Shown piece after piece: positions 29,160 to 38,277 of a stretch of 64,000 bases of DNA. This stretch comes from a virus (lineage: Duplodnaviria; Caudoviricetes). The stretch covers positions 224,001 to 288,000 of IMG/VR virus record IMGVR_UViG_3300005512_000001. One strand, given 5' to 3'. The position numbers and the translations under genes were made by a program. The notes under the pieces were generated by a model. It was not told the DNA's origin and did not search any database. It saw only the letters and a program-made list of their open reading frames with translations. The number at the start of each line of letters is the position of its first letter. The first letter of the stretch is position 1.

Positions 29160-29519
29160 TTATATATCTAATTCATCAGTGAATCGTTTGACGGCTTTAT
29201 CTAGGGTGGTTTTATCTGATTTACATGGCAGATTGATGCCACCCATAATACTAATTCCGGCATAAATATATCTATATATAGACCCATCATATATGATGGT
29301 CTTCACGGTAGCACGGTTTGTGTGAAGAAATTCACATTCCATTAAGAACCATATTGATTTGTAAGGGTCGTCTATCGAGTGGCTTATAGAATTGTTCCGT
29401 ACCGACACCATATTGATGACGCGGGCGTACGTTATGCGGACTGTCTTCTGCATGGGTTCTAGTGCTACATATAATCTGTGCCGATAACTATATGTATTTA
29501 AATCTCTATGGCAAGACAA
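29160..29519 (-). CDS. Paralog family B-like hypothetical protein
   Basis: ISHSIDDPYKSIWFLMEC..IIYDGSIY; start uncertain. Confidence 0.45.
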   Translation of the reverse strand: MSCHRDLNTYSYRHRLYVALEPMQKTVRITYARVINMVSVRNNSISHSIDDPYKSIWFLMECEFLHTNRATVKTIIYDGSIYRYIYAGISIMGGINLPCKSDKTTLDKAVKRFTDELDI

Positions 29520-29966
29520 GAAAAACGTGATTTAAAATGGCTTAAATTAGCAGCATATTTTGCTGATGAGAATAGCAAAGACCCAAGTACTAAGGTTGGA
29601 TGTGTGATTGTTGGCCCAGATAATGAGATAAGGACGACTGGGTATAATGGGCTAGTCCGCGACATTGACGATAACGTTCCAGCTAGGAATGAACGCCCCA
29701 CAAAATATCTATGGTATGAGCACGCTGAGCGGAATGCTATTTATAATTCATCGAGGTGTGGTATTCCATTAAAAGGATGCACCGCATACGTCAATTGGCA
29801 TCCGTGCGCAGATTGCACGCGTGCATTGATACAAACTGGCATTGTCCGAGTTGTTGCGTATGAAACTCCGCCAGAGCTATTAGATAGATGGTGTGATCAC
29901 ATACAAGTTAGCGATGAGATGATGGGTGAAGCTGGCGTTGAGTATATAGAATATCCGAAGTCGTAA
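29508..29966 (+). CDS. dCMP deaminase
   Basis: SKDPSTKVGC, TGYNG, HAERNAI, PCADC. Confidence 0.93.
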   Translation: MARQEKRDLKWLKLAAYFADENSKDPSTKVGCVIVGPDNEIRTTGYNGLVRDIDDNVPARNERPTKYLWYEHAERNAIYNSSRCGIPLKGCTAYVNWHPCADCTRALIQTGIVRVVAYETPPELLDRWCDHIQVSDEMMGEAGVEYIEYPKS

Positions 29967-30060
29967 TAATAATATCTAGCAGTATTTAGGCAAAAGTAAT
30001 ATGGACCGATTAGCGGTCCGTGAATGCAGCAATCGGCTGCGTAGAAGAAGGAGTAGTAGA

Positions 30061-30933
30061 ATGGGAATTATTGAGAAGTTCCAGGCTGTATTGTCGATTA
30101 TTGAAGAGCACAATTCTGCAATCGGGGGCAAGGATAAACCAGGATATGTTGACCCGTCTGGTTTTGAGGACTCCATCAAGATTATTGGTGGCACCAGTGA
30201 ATCACGACTTAAAAGGCTTAGCTACGAAGACATTTTGCAATGTCTTCCTGGTTCTGGCCAGCTGAAGCCAGTCGCCTTAGCGAAGGAAATTGCTGCTGTT
30301 TTTCGGGGCAATGATGACACTAAGCGACCAATTAGTACTCACCGGGTGTCATTTATGAACCCGGAAGAATTGATTAAAGCATTTGACCCGGAAGAATACA
30401 CCAATGCTGTCGGTAAACGGCTAAAGGACATGAGTCGTGGCGAGGCATTTATTGTTTTTGAATCTGGTAGAATAGTTGATGTCGATATATCAATGAAACT
30501 GCTGAAAGAGGTAAAGCAAGGATATCGCGGAAGGGATAAAGTTTCTGTTAATGGCGATATAAAGCCAGTGTATAGAGTCGGGCAATTACCAGATGCATAT
30601 GCTGATGAGAATCCGCTATATCGCAACCGGCCTTTGAGGCCAGACGGTACTTGCGATCAGACTGGAAGGTCTTGGGACGGCATATCGCTTGAGATACGAC
30701 AGTTGGTGTATTTAGCAGTTCAAGTGGGCGATCTGAAGGTCAGTATAGAGACGGCCCATAATACAATCGACGCTGCATTAAGAGATGATGCTGTTAGATT
30801 TTTCCGCGAGCGTTATCAGAAGGCAGCAATGCGATTCAACAAGCTGCAGAGACTTAATGACCTACCGAAACTCACAGTCCCCATGAATGCTGAACATTCG
30901 ACTAGTATCAATAAAGGCACGAAAGTTTTATAA
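30061..30933 (+). CDS. Hypothetical protein
   Basis: AAGGAG SD before ATG 30061; long ORF. Confidence 0.65.
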   Translation: MGIIEKFQAVLSIIEEHNSAIGGKDKPGYVDPSGFEDSIKIIGGTSESRLKRLSYEDILQCLPGSGQLKPVALAKEIAAVFRGNDDTKRPISTHRVSFMNPEELIKAFDPEEYTNAVGKRLKDMSRGEAFIVFESGRIVDVDISMKLLKEVKQGYRGRDKVSVNGDIKPVYRVGQLPDAYADENPLYRNRPLRPDGTCDQTGRSWDGISLEIRQLVYLAVQVGDLKVSIETAHNTIDAALRDDAVRFFRERYQKAAMRFNKLQRLNDLPKLTVPMNAEHSTSINKGTKVL

Positions 30934-30941
30934 GGAAGAGA

Positions 30942-31736
30942 ATGATGACTAAGAAAGAAGACGCACTCAGAACGTATGTTGCGATTATCCTTGATAGGTC
31001 TGGGTCGATGGGTAATGACCATCATAACCCAAATCGTGTTGATATGACTATCGCTGGATTCAATGAACAAGTGCAACAGATTAAAATGAATTCTGAAGAT
31101 ATGGAGACATTTGTGTCATTAGTGACGTTTAATGGCAATGTTTATGAGCATCTTTGGAACCAGCCAGCAGCTGAATTATACGAAACTACAGCTGAAGACT
31201 ACCGACCTAGTGGCTCGACAGCCATGAGGGATGCACTTGGTTATGTAATCGAGAAGCTGCAAAAGACGACCGACATTGCTGATGAGAATAATGCTTATCT
31301 TGTGGTTGTTATCTCGGATGGTGATGATAATACATCTCATCATTATAGTATTCCAGCACTGCGTGAATTAGTGGAATCAACTAAAAAGGACGATAATTGG
31401 ACTATAACTTATATGGGTTGCAGTGAGGAATACCTTAAGGAAGTAGAAAAGCAAACTGCGATTCCAACTTCGAACATGGCTGCCTTTGACCCCTCTGCGG
31501 TAGGAATACGCAAGGGATATGCAGCTAGCGGCGGGAAAATAGGTGAGTATCTAAGAAGTCGTAAATGCGATGGCGTAAAATCGTTGGCTACATTCTACTC
31601 AGACACTGCAGGTGTGGCGGCTGATTTTACTGAGGCAGCACTTAACCATGTTGCGATTAAGGACACAATCATTGATTCGACAGCATCGAATCTTTTGGGG
31701 TCCGGAGTCGCCGTGGCCTGGGATGATGGCCAATAG
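30942..31736 (+). CDS. von Willebrand factor A domain protein
   Basis: MIDAS ILDRSGSM, GSTAMRDA, VVISDGDDN. Confidence 0.88.
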   Translation: MMTKKEDALRTYVAIILDRSGSMGNDHHNPNRVDMTIAGFNEQVQQIKMNSEDMETFVSLVTFNGNVYEHLWNQPAAELYETTAEDYRPSGSTAMRDALGYVIEKLQKTTDIADENNAYLVVVISDGDDNTSHHYSIPALRELVESTKKDDNWTITYMGCSEEYLKEVEKQTAIPTSNMAAFDPSAVGIRKGYAASGGKIGEYLRSRKCDGVKSLATFYSDTAGVAADFTEAALNHVAIKDTIIDSTASNLLGSGVAVAWDDGQ

Positions 31737-31744
31737 CAGTTAAG

Positions 31745-31788
31745 TAAAAGGGTTGGGAATCAACTCCAACTGATTCCCAACCCTTTTA
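31745..31788. terminator. 18-bp hairpin at convergent gene ends
   Basis: TAAAAGGGTTGGGAATCA / TGATTCCCAACCCTTTTA. Confidence 0.7.
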
Positions 31789-31987
31789 GTATTTCCACTG
31801 CATCTGGTGTGAATGCGAGCCATTTTTGAAACAACACTAGTGGGCCAATAGCTTTGTTGCGTGCCGCATCTTTAGCCATTTTTTCCAGTTGTGCGGTTTG
31901 TGCTGCTGGCTTGTAACCGAAATCTTCGATTAGTTTTTGCTCAAGCCCGTCGCAAACCGCCCGCATATTTGGCTTTGTCTTTGTCAT
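31760..31987 (-). CDS. Hypothetical protein
   Basis: 75-aa ORF. Confidence 0.5.
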   Translation of the reverse strand: MTKTKPNMRAVCDGLEQKLIEDFGYKPAAQTAQLEKMAKDAARNKAIGPLVLFQKWLAFTPDAVEILKGLGISWS

Positions 31988-32025
31988 GCTAAATGTTGTA
32001 GCAACAGCGTCAGCTAGGCAACTAT

Positions 32026-33006
32026 TTATTTTAATAGCTTTAAACCATATTTCTTGACGATTGGTGCGATATGGTTGTGTAAGGAAAATGAGTTAGAGCC
32101 AGCAAACAACAGCCCTACTATCCTTCTATTCTTCCTGTTTAACAATAAACTGCCGCTATCGCCGCCGTCGCACATGCAAGTTGTCACTATGCATTGTTTA
32201 AGTATGTAACTTTTTGTGTCGCTATACCATACTCTAAATGTGCCATTGGTCGCCAGTACTCTACCGTAAGTCAGTCCAGTTGTCCTGCCAGATTTCATGA
32301 CTTTTAGTGCGCGTTTCGCACGTGCAAAACCTTTAGCGGCTCCTATGCGGTTTATTTGGTTTCTAAGGTATCCAGATTTTATGACGGCAATCGCAGAATC
32401 TTGATTTGTATTATTTCTTAGTGGCAAATATGCTTTTAAATATCCCACTATGTTTGCTGGCGTTCGTTTCGAATCGGCGGTCCCTGGTTGATATATCGGG
32501 TCGCCTGCTTTAGCATTATTACTATTTGCTAAAACATGATTATTTGATAATATAACCACTTTTTTGCGTTTATCTATGAAGACTCCGCCAATTGTGCCCG
32601 CTGTTACGTCTTTATGTGATACGCTGATGCCGCCCAAGAGTGGCCTTGTGCGTCGTCTTGGATTAAATCTTCTCAGTCCTCTAGTCTTGATTTTCTTCGA
32701 CCGAATTGCGTTTGGTTTTATATAACTAAAGCGTTTGATTCCCAGTCGTCTGGCCCGCGTTCGTTTTGGGAGTTTCAGCATTGCGGTCATCTTGCCAGAT
32801 TTACCAACGACATCAGTTGGCAGCCCATCTATTTCGTCTTCGATAATATCTTTTTTAGATAGTGAAGATACTGGCTCTTTGTTTTCAACAAAAACGAGCA
32901 TTGCCTCTTTGCCAGTTGGTTTGCCATTAGTCCATTTTTCGCCCTTAGCGAATCCGATAACATTCTTTTTGTTTAGTAGAGATTCCATATAATAATTTTG
33001 TGTCAA
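32026..33006 (-). CDS. Trypsin-like (Nal1-type) serine protease
   Basis: AGTIGG, LSNNHVLA (His), DSA (Asp), KSGRTTGLT, GGDSGS (Ser), GLLFAG. Confidence 0.85.
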   Translation of the reverse strand: MTQNYYMESLLNKKNVIGFAKGEKWTNGKPTGKEAMLVFVENKEPVSSLSKKDIIEDEIDGLPTDVVGKSGKMTAMLKLPKRTRARRLGIKRFSYIKPNAIRSKKIKTRGLRRFNPRRRTRPLLGGISVSHKDVTAGTIGGVFIDKRKKVVILSNNHVLANSNNAKAGDPIYQPGTADSKRTPANIVGYLKAYLPLRNNTNQDSAIAVIKSGYLRNQINRIGAAKGFARAKRALKVMKSGRTTGLTYGRVLATNGTFRVWYSDTKSYILKQCIVTTCMCDGGDSGSLLLNRKNRRIVGLLFAGSNSFSLHNHIAPIVKKYGLKLLK

Positions 33007-33031
33007 AATTATTATAGATTATGGAGTAGGT

Positions 33032-33322
33032 ATGCCAACAAAAACATTTAAGACTATAGCAAAGAAGAGCGGTAAATCGGTTTCTGATATGGAGAGGTAT
33101 TGGAAGCGTGCTGAACAATCATATAATCGCGCCCAATCGCGTGCGAAAGCAGGCAAAAGAGAGCCTGTTAGAGATAAACATTCATATGTGATGGCGACTA
33201 CGCTACGCCAAGCTCAAAGGACCGGCCCAAGACCACATAAGCCACTCGGGAAGAAACGTAAAAAAGCTAAGAAGGAAGCATTCGAGCTTAGAATAGACCA
33301 GATTCTAGAATCTATGATTTAG
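33032..33322 (+). CDS. Small basic protein
   Basis: MPTKTFKTIAKKSGKS..ERYW; C-term IDQILES. Confidence 0.6.
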   Translation: MPTKTFKTIAKKSGKSVSDMERYWKRAEQSYNRAQSRAKAGKREPVRDKHSYVMATTLRQAQRTGPRPHKPLGKKRKKAKKEAFELRIDQILESMI

Positions 33323-33522
33323 TTTAATGTGTTTCTAATTGGTGCTCGGTCGGAATAGAATTTTCTATTATCACGTCTAGTGATTTGTTTTATGTTGGTT
33401 TGGAATAATTGCCCTCTCCGCAAATTATTATTTGCGGTATTAGTTGGGGGCTTTTTGTTGCTGCGATATCTTCTTAATCTAGCAGACACCGGCATTAATG
33501 TATGCAAATTCATTAACTTCAT
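33319..33522 (-). CDS. Small basic protein
   Basis: TCAAATATA 6 nt before the ATG. Confidence 0.5.
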   Translation of the reverse strand: MKLMNLHTLMPVSARLRRYRSNKKPPTNTANNNLRRGQLFQTNIKQITRRDNRKFYSDRAPIRNTLN

Positions 33523-33551
33523 ATGCAGTATATTTGAGATAAATATACTAT

Positions 33552-33941
33552 ATGAAGCTACATATACTATATGAAGACCGTCTCAAAGCTGGGCAGCTGG
33601 ATAAAATTATCGCCGATATCAAGCCAATGCTGAAAGAGATAACAGTACCTGCTGCTATATGGCGTCAGATGAGGCGATATAAATATGGCAATAGTAGACA
33701 GATATTTAGACAAATCAGTGATGAGATGCGTAGAAGGTCTGCCTCAAAGCGTACACATAAGCGACATCGACCGCATCGGGCCTCAAAACAAGAAATCACG
33801 CAAGCCGCTAACCTAGCCAAAAAATTATATCATGATGCTTTGGTCCAATCTCCAGATTTAGATGTTGATATTTCTGATGCCATTGTCTTTGCAGCTGAGA
33901 AATTTGGCACTACATACAGCGATGTGGCATCGGCTATATAG
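33552..33941 (+). CDS. Protein with capsid-targeting-like N-terminus
   Basis: MKLHILYE; ATAAATATA 4 nt upstream. Confidence 0.6.
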   Translation: MKLHILYEDRLKAGQLDKIIADIKPMLKEITVPAAIWRQMRRYKYGNSRQIFRQISDEMRRRSASKRTHKRHRPHRASKQEITQAANLAKKLYHDALVQSPDLDVDISDAIVFAAEKFGTTYSDVASAI

Positions 33942-34062
33942 TTTCTCCAACATATCATATGATGTATTAAATATAGGCCGTTCCGGCTTGTATATGTCAT
34001 CAGGCTGTCTGAATATGTTTGTATATATAGAAGGCGAGAAGCGGCAACGGAGGGCGTCGGAA

Positions 34063-34407
34063 TTATAGTTCCAATGCTCTTTTGCTCATACCAAAAGTAG
34101 GTATGTCGTTTGCCTTTGGTGGTTGCACTTTTGGTGGGATATTTTGCGATTTGACGCGTTTTGGTAATGATTCGACGATGGTTACAGACTTAGCTGGTAG
34201 GCCGTGCCTGTTCAATAATGGTTGGACAGTTTTCGCATGGTTTGGAATATCATAATCGCCACTAATTGTTTGGCTTGCACCGCGATATTTTGTGATACGT
34301 GGGTGCTCATCGCCCCATTTGAGCGATATTCCTGGTGATAATCCATTATTAGAATTTATATCGTCTGTCATAGATTCTGCTATTTTGTCTATATCATCAT
34401 AATCCAT
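34063..34407 (-). CDS. Hypothetical late protein
   Basis: GCAAATATA 4 nt before the ATG; IDKIAES. Confidence 0.55.
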   Translation of the reverse strand: MDYDDIDKIAESMTDDINSNNGLSPGISLKWGDEHPRITKYRGASQTISGDYDIPNHAKTVQPLLNRHGLPAKSVTIVESLPKRVKSQNIPPKVQPPKANDIPTFGMSKRALEL

Positions 34408-34421
34408 ACTTTATATTTGCA

Positions 34422-34766
34422 ATGAATGGTTTGAAATTTATAACTGGGCCTAGTCGAATACGCCCAGCATTTATATATGGTATTAAATCCATATATGGTG
34501 GGATGCTTAAATCAATTAACCCAAACCCAGATGTTGGCCATGTATTTGTGGTGGCTGTTGACCTTATTGGGCCTGGAAACCCGCATAGATGGATTGCTAC
34601 TGATGGCGATGAATGGCTCCCAATATGGCCTTGTGTTGAGGATGGTGAAATGATATTCATGGTAAGTGGGACATGGCCAGATTGTTTGCGTCTCACTATA
34701 GAGGACCAGAAGAAAATAAAACCGTTTATAACGCTGTATGTAGAGAAAGAAATAGGTGATAAATGA
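34422..34766 (+). CDS. Paralog family B-like hypothetical protein
   Basis: ITGPSRI..NPDVGHVFVV..WIATDGDEW. Confidence 0.5.
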   Translation: MNGLKFITGPSRIRPAFIYGIKSIYGGMLKSINPNPDVGHVFVVAVDLIGPGNPHRWIATDGDEWLPIWPCVEDGEMIFMVSGTWPDCLRLTIEDQKKIKPFITLYVEKEIGDK

Positions 34767-35062
34767 AGCTTAACAGACAAATTTCGGGTATGATAACAGA
34801 AAATTCTAAAATTCCGTTCGGCAATACTCATAAAGGGCGAAAGCTTAAGGACTGCCCAAATACATATTTGCAATGGATGGTGTTAAAACTGTGGGATACC
34901 GATTTACATGAGTTTGCATATGCTGCTAAAAAATTATTATCTAAACGTGAAATTGAAGACCAAAACAGTTATGGAGATTTAGAAGAAGCTGCGGATGAAT
35001 TCTTAAAGCGGCATGGCGTAAATCCAGCGACTTATGCAGATCGAACTAAAAGACGCAGATAG
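34763..35062 (+). CDS. DUF3820/ExoX C-terminal-like small protein
   Basis: IPFGNTHKGRKLKDCPNTYLQW. Confidence 0.65.
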   Translation: MKLNRQISGMITENSKIPFGNTHKGRKLKDCPNTYLQWMVLKLWDTDLHEFAYAAKKLLSKREIEDQNSYGDLEEAADEFLKRHGVNPATYADRTKRRR

Positions 35063-35077
35063 AATTAGGAGCTTCGT

Positions 35078-35299
35078 ATGGGGTGCTGTTTAGATTGTAA
35101 AACCGATATCATGGCAGATTATTATATGGTACATGCTGAAATATGGTGTAGAGCTGTTGATAAAGAAGACAGGCAGTGTTATTTATGTACTGCTTGCCTA
35201 GAACATAGACTTGGTAGGCCACTGACCGCTGATGATTTTTCAAACGCCCCTATTAATGAACAATATTTTAGAAATAGAGAACGCAAAAATATGATATGA
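35078..35299 (+). CDS. Small Zn-finger protein
   Basis: CLDC..YMVHAEIW..LCTACLEHRLGR; AGGAG SD. Confidence 0.65.
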   Translation: MGCCLDCKTDIMADYYMVHAEIWCRAVDKEDRQCYLCTACLEHRLGRPLTADDFSNAPINEQYFRNRERKNMI

Positions 35300-36114
35300 A
35301 ACTTAATTCCATATCAGAGGGAAGATTATCTGGTCTTCCGCCTATCGACCAGATTGTTGCTGATTTAACAGGCCGGATATTAATAGTATTCATGGTCAAG
35401 ACTACCGGGCCTAATCCATCAGATAGGCATGCCCAGATTATCAGCATTGCAGCTGTAGCAATTGATGGTACTGGTAAGGAAATAGACGCATTCAATCAAG
35501 AGGCATCTCTGAATCTTGCTACTCTGCGATATATGGATTTAGAGAATAGGGCAGCCAAAGCTGGTAAATTAGAACCTGGTGATATGGGGGTCAGAGATTG
35601 GTTGAATGCCGCTGATTATGATATAGATGAGGAAGATGAAAAACCAGAAGATATTGATATAGCAATCGATTTCAAATCATTTATTGAACAATATGCAGGT
35701 CAAGCAATACTTATCACGCATAATGCAAAATTTGCTATGGCTCATTTGAATTATGTGTTGCCAGTGCCGATTCGAAGCATATCTATTATTGACACAGCAG
35801 AATTTATTAGGTTATACTTTGCGCCAGTATTGCGTTCCATGGCCGATAAAGGTAGTGTGCATGCTAAAGAAATGGCCGAAAGAATGTGGGATGAGATTCA
35901 GCAGCGTATAAATCCGTCCCTGTCCAATCTAGGGAAGGTATTGGGGGTCAAGAAAATTCAATGGCATGCCTCTACATTGGCTGAAGAGGTCCGCCAGTTG
36001 GCTGGGATATTTTCTAAGATGCTTGCATTTGTGCAGAGAAACAAGGATGTACTGCAAATGCCCGAGTATAGGTCTTATGCTGCGCAAGCGTTGGAAAGGG
36101 CCAAAGGGCTATGA
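35296..36114 (+). CDS. DnaQ/DEDDh exonuclease-fold protein with degenerate catalytic residues
   Basis: IVFMVKTTG (for DxETTG), QIISIAAV, HNAKFA (for HNAxFD), IDT, WH. Confidence 0.65.
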   Translation: MKLNSISEGRLSGLPPIDQIVADLTGRILIVFMVKTTGPNPSDRHAQIISIAAVAIDGTGKEIDAFNQEASLNLATLRYMDLENRAAKAGKLEPGDMGVRDWLNAADYDIDEEDEKPEDIDIAIDFKSFIEQYAGQAILITHNAKFAMAHLNYVLPVPIRSISIIDTAEFIRLYFAPVLRSMADKGSVHAKEMAERMWDEIQQRINPSLSNLGKVLGVKKIQWHASTLAEEVRQLAGIFSKMLAFVQRNKDVLQMPEYRSYAAQALERAKGL

Positions 36115-36123
36115 GCACACCAA

Positions 36124-36753
36124 ATGGGAAAATACATTTTATTGTGTGTATTATGGCTGACAAGTATGTCTGCCGCACAAACTCTGCATATTGATGATGT
36201 TGGCACCCAAGGGGCTAAGAATGATTATTATATAATATTCTCTAGTAGTGTAGATATATACCCACTAGAGAATGATGATGCTGGGCTGCTAAATTGCTCT
36301 ATGGTGGGATATGGTAGAACAATTCCTGGTTGTGTTGGCACTCATTTCTATCTTGATGAAGGTGAAGATTACTACACATTTACCCCAGAACCAGGTTCAT
36401 GGGGTGCTGACCAGCATATTGTTAATGTTGTGGATGGGACTAGGACATATCTCTCATGGGTCTTTATATGGGTAGATGTATACCCTGGTGATTTTAATCA
36501 TGATGGTGTGATTGATGATGGCGATTTGAGTATTTTACTGTCTAATTGGTACCAATACCGCCCATATCGATTCGGGAATGTGTGGCTAGGCACTCATGAA
36601 GACCCAATGACAGATGAGTTCGTTGGGATAGTTAATGAGGATGATTTGAGTCTACTCTTATCATGGTGGCATCATGCGCCAGAACCATCTGCATTTTTAT
36701 TTTTAGTAGGGGGTATACCTATATTATGGCGCAGAAGACAATCCAAAACATAA
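36124..36753 (+). CDS. Secreted dockerin-like + PEP-CTERM protein
   Basis: Signal peptide; PGDFNHDGVIDDGDLSILLSNW and VNEDDLSLLLSWW; APEPS-hydrophobic-RRR. Confidence 0.8.
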   Translation: MGKYILLCVLWLTSMSAAQTLHIDDVGTQGAKNDYYIIFSSSVDIYPLENDDAGLLNCSMVGYGRTIPGCVGTHFYLDEGEDYYTFTPEPGSWGADQHIVNVVDGTRTYLSWVFIWVDVYPGDFNHDGVIDDGDLSILLSNWYQYRPYRFGNVWLGTHEDPMTDEFVGIVNEDDLSLLLSWWHHAPEPSAFLFLVGGIPILWRRRQSKT

Positions 36754-36850
36754 ACGGCCCTGGCAGCATTTTTGAGCAATTATGCCTTTTCTTGGCCTGA
36801 CCGTTCCTCGACATCAACAACCATGTATATAGGTAAAATAGGAGTGTGCC

Positions 36851-37210
36851 ATGGAAATTCAGGGAAAAATATGGGGCTGTACTTCTACTATTTTTAATAA
36901 TTGCAACGTGCAGATTAATAGAATAGTTGGCATTAAAGGCGGCCATTGTTCGAAGCACAAGCATGACCATAAATTTAATCTTTTCTATATCGAGAAGGGT
37001 CGTTTATCAATTAAAGTATGGAAACGCGATTATAGTTTAGTAGATGAGACCATTCTTGGCCCACAAGAATCAACTGTTGTTAAGCCGGGCGAATATCATA
37101 GATTCGAAGTATTAGAAGATGACACAGTTGCCTTCGAGATTTACTGGACTGAGCTGGATGATGGCGATATTTCTAGAGAAGACCATGGCGGAGTGAACGA
37201 GAAGACATGA
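36851..37210 (+). CDS. Cupin domain protein
   Basis: CSKHKH..FYIEKG..VKPGEYHRF. Confidence 0.85.
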   Translation: MEIQGKIWGCTSTIFNNCNVQINRIVGIKGGHCSKHKHDHKFNLFYIEKGRLSIKVWKRDYSLVDETILGPQESTVVKPGEYHRFEVLEDDTVAFEIYWTELDDGDISREDHGGVNEKT

Positions 37211-38277
37211 TAAATAAATTATGTGTAATAGGGCATCCTAGTCGTCTTGGCGGCGCAGACACAGAATTAGACCACCAGATTAAATGTTGGCACCATATGG
37301 GAATTGAGGTGCATATTTGCCATACTGGTGAATTAGATAATAATTGCATATCTATGGAGTTAAAGAAACGTGGGTGCATCTATCACAAATCTATAGATTG
37401 GCCGTCGATTGAGGGGTTGCACTGCATATCATTTTGTAATGGTGAATTTTTAAAACATTTGCCAATAATAAAGAAATATGCGCGAACGACCACATTCGTT
37501 AATTGTATGACATGGAATTTTCCTGCTGAATTAGAAATGCAGGAAAAAGGGATGATTGACTTCCACCTATATCAGACGAACCATGCTTTCGAGAGAGTCG
37601 GCAAGAAATTGCTACAATATCAGGATTATAGGCCGCTGATGTTCGTGCCGTATTTTTGCGCCGATGATTTTACATATTACGACATCAGGCCACAAGAGAG
37701 ATTCAAATTTGGCCGGATTTCTCGGGCCGACGCAGATAAATTCAATATAAGGCAGTTGTGGATATATGAGACGATGACTGCGCCAACTCTTAAAGAGGGC
37801 ATTATTCTTGGCTGGAATGATAAGATACAAGAAAAATTTGGGCGGAGACCAGATTCATATGTTAAAACTTATCCCGAATGTGGCATTACCCAAGATGAAT
37901 TTTATAGGCATAGTGATGTTATCATAATGGCAACAGATACTTTCGAGAATCTTCCGAGGGTTGGCATGGAGGCTATGGCATCCGGGTCTATTTTGATTGT
38001 TGATAATAAAGGTGGCTGGCGGCTGCTCATCGAAGATGGTGTAACTGGATGGTTATGTAATGATGATAGAGAATTTGTTTATAAATCATGCAGAGCTGCG
38101 TTTGAGATTGAAGAAAAGGCGCGAATGCGTCAGGCCGCTAGAGATAAGTTAAAACGCGAATGGGGTATAGAAGCGGCTGCGAAATCGTGGGAAACAGTTT
38201 TCAAAAGCTGGGAAAATCTAGAATCTCCTGCAAGCGGAAGAATTATTGCTCCAACCAGAAAGATTATTATCCCTTAG
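37207..38277 (+). CDS. GT-B glycosyltransferase (GT4-like)
   Basis: GGADTE, GRISR..K, ENLPRVGMEAMASG. Confidence 0.85.
   Translation: MINKLCVIGHPSRLGGADTELDHQIKCWHHMGIEVHICHTGELDNNCISMELKKRGCIYHKSIDWPSIEGLHCISFCNGEFLKHLPIIKKYARTTTFVNCMTWNFPAELEMQEKGMIDFHLYQTNHAFERVGKKLLQYQDYRPLMFVPYFCADDFTYYDIRPQERFKFGRISRADADKFNIRQLWIYETMTAPTLKEGIILGWNDKIQEKFGRRPDSYVKTYPECGITQDEFYRHSDVIIMATDTFENLPRVGMEAMASGSILIVDNKGGWRLLIEDGVTGWLCNDDREFVYKSCRAAFEIEEKARMRQAARDKLKREWGIEAAAKSWETVFKSWENLESPASGRIIAPTRKIIIP

Noticed and set aside
30942-31736. vWA protein as the Ro60/Rsr partner of the tRNA-like RNA
   Set aside because: Only 264 aa, with no TROVE helical domain; separated from the RNA by other genes
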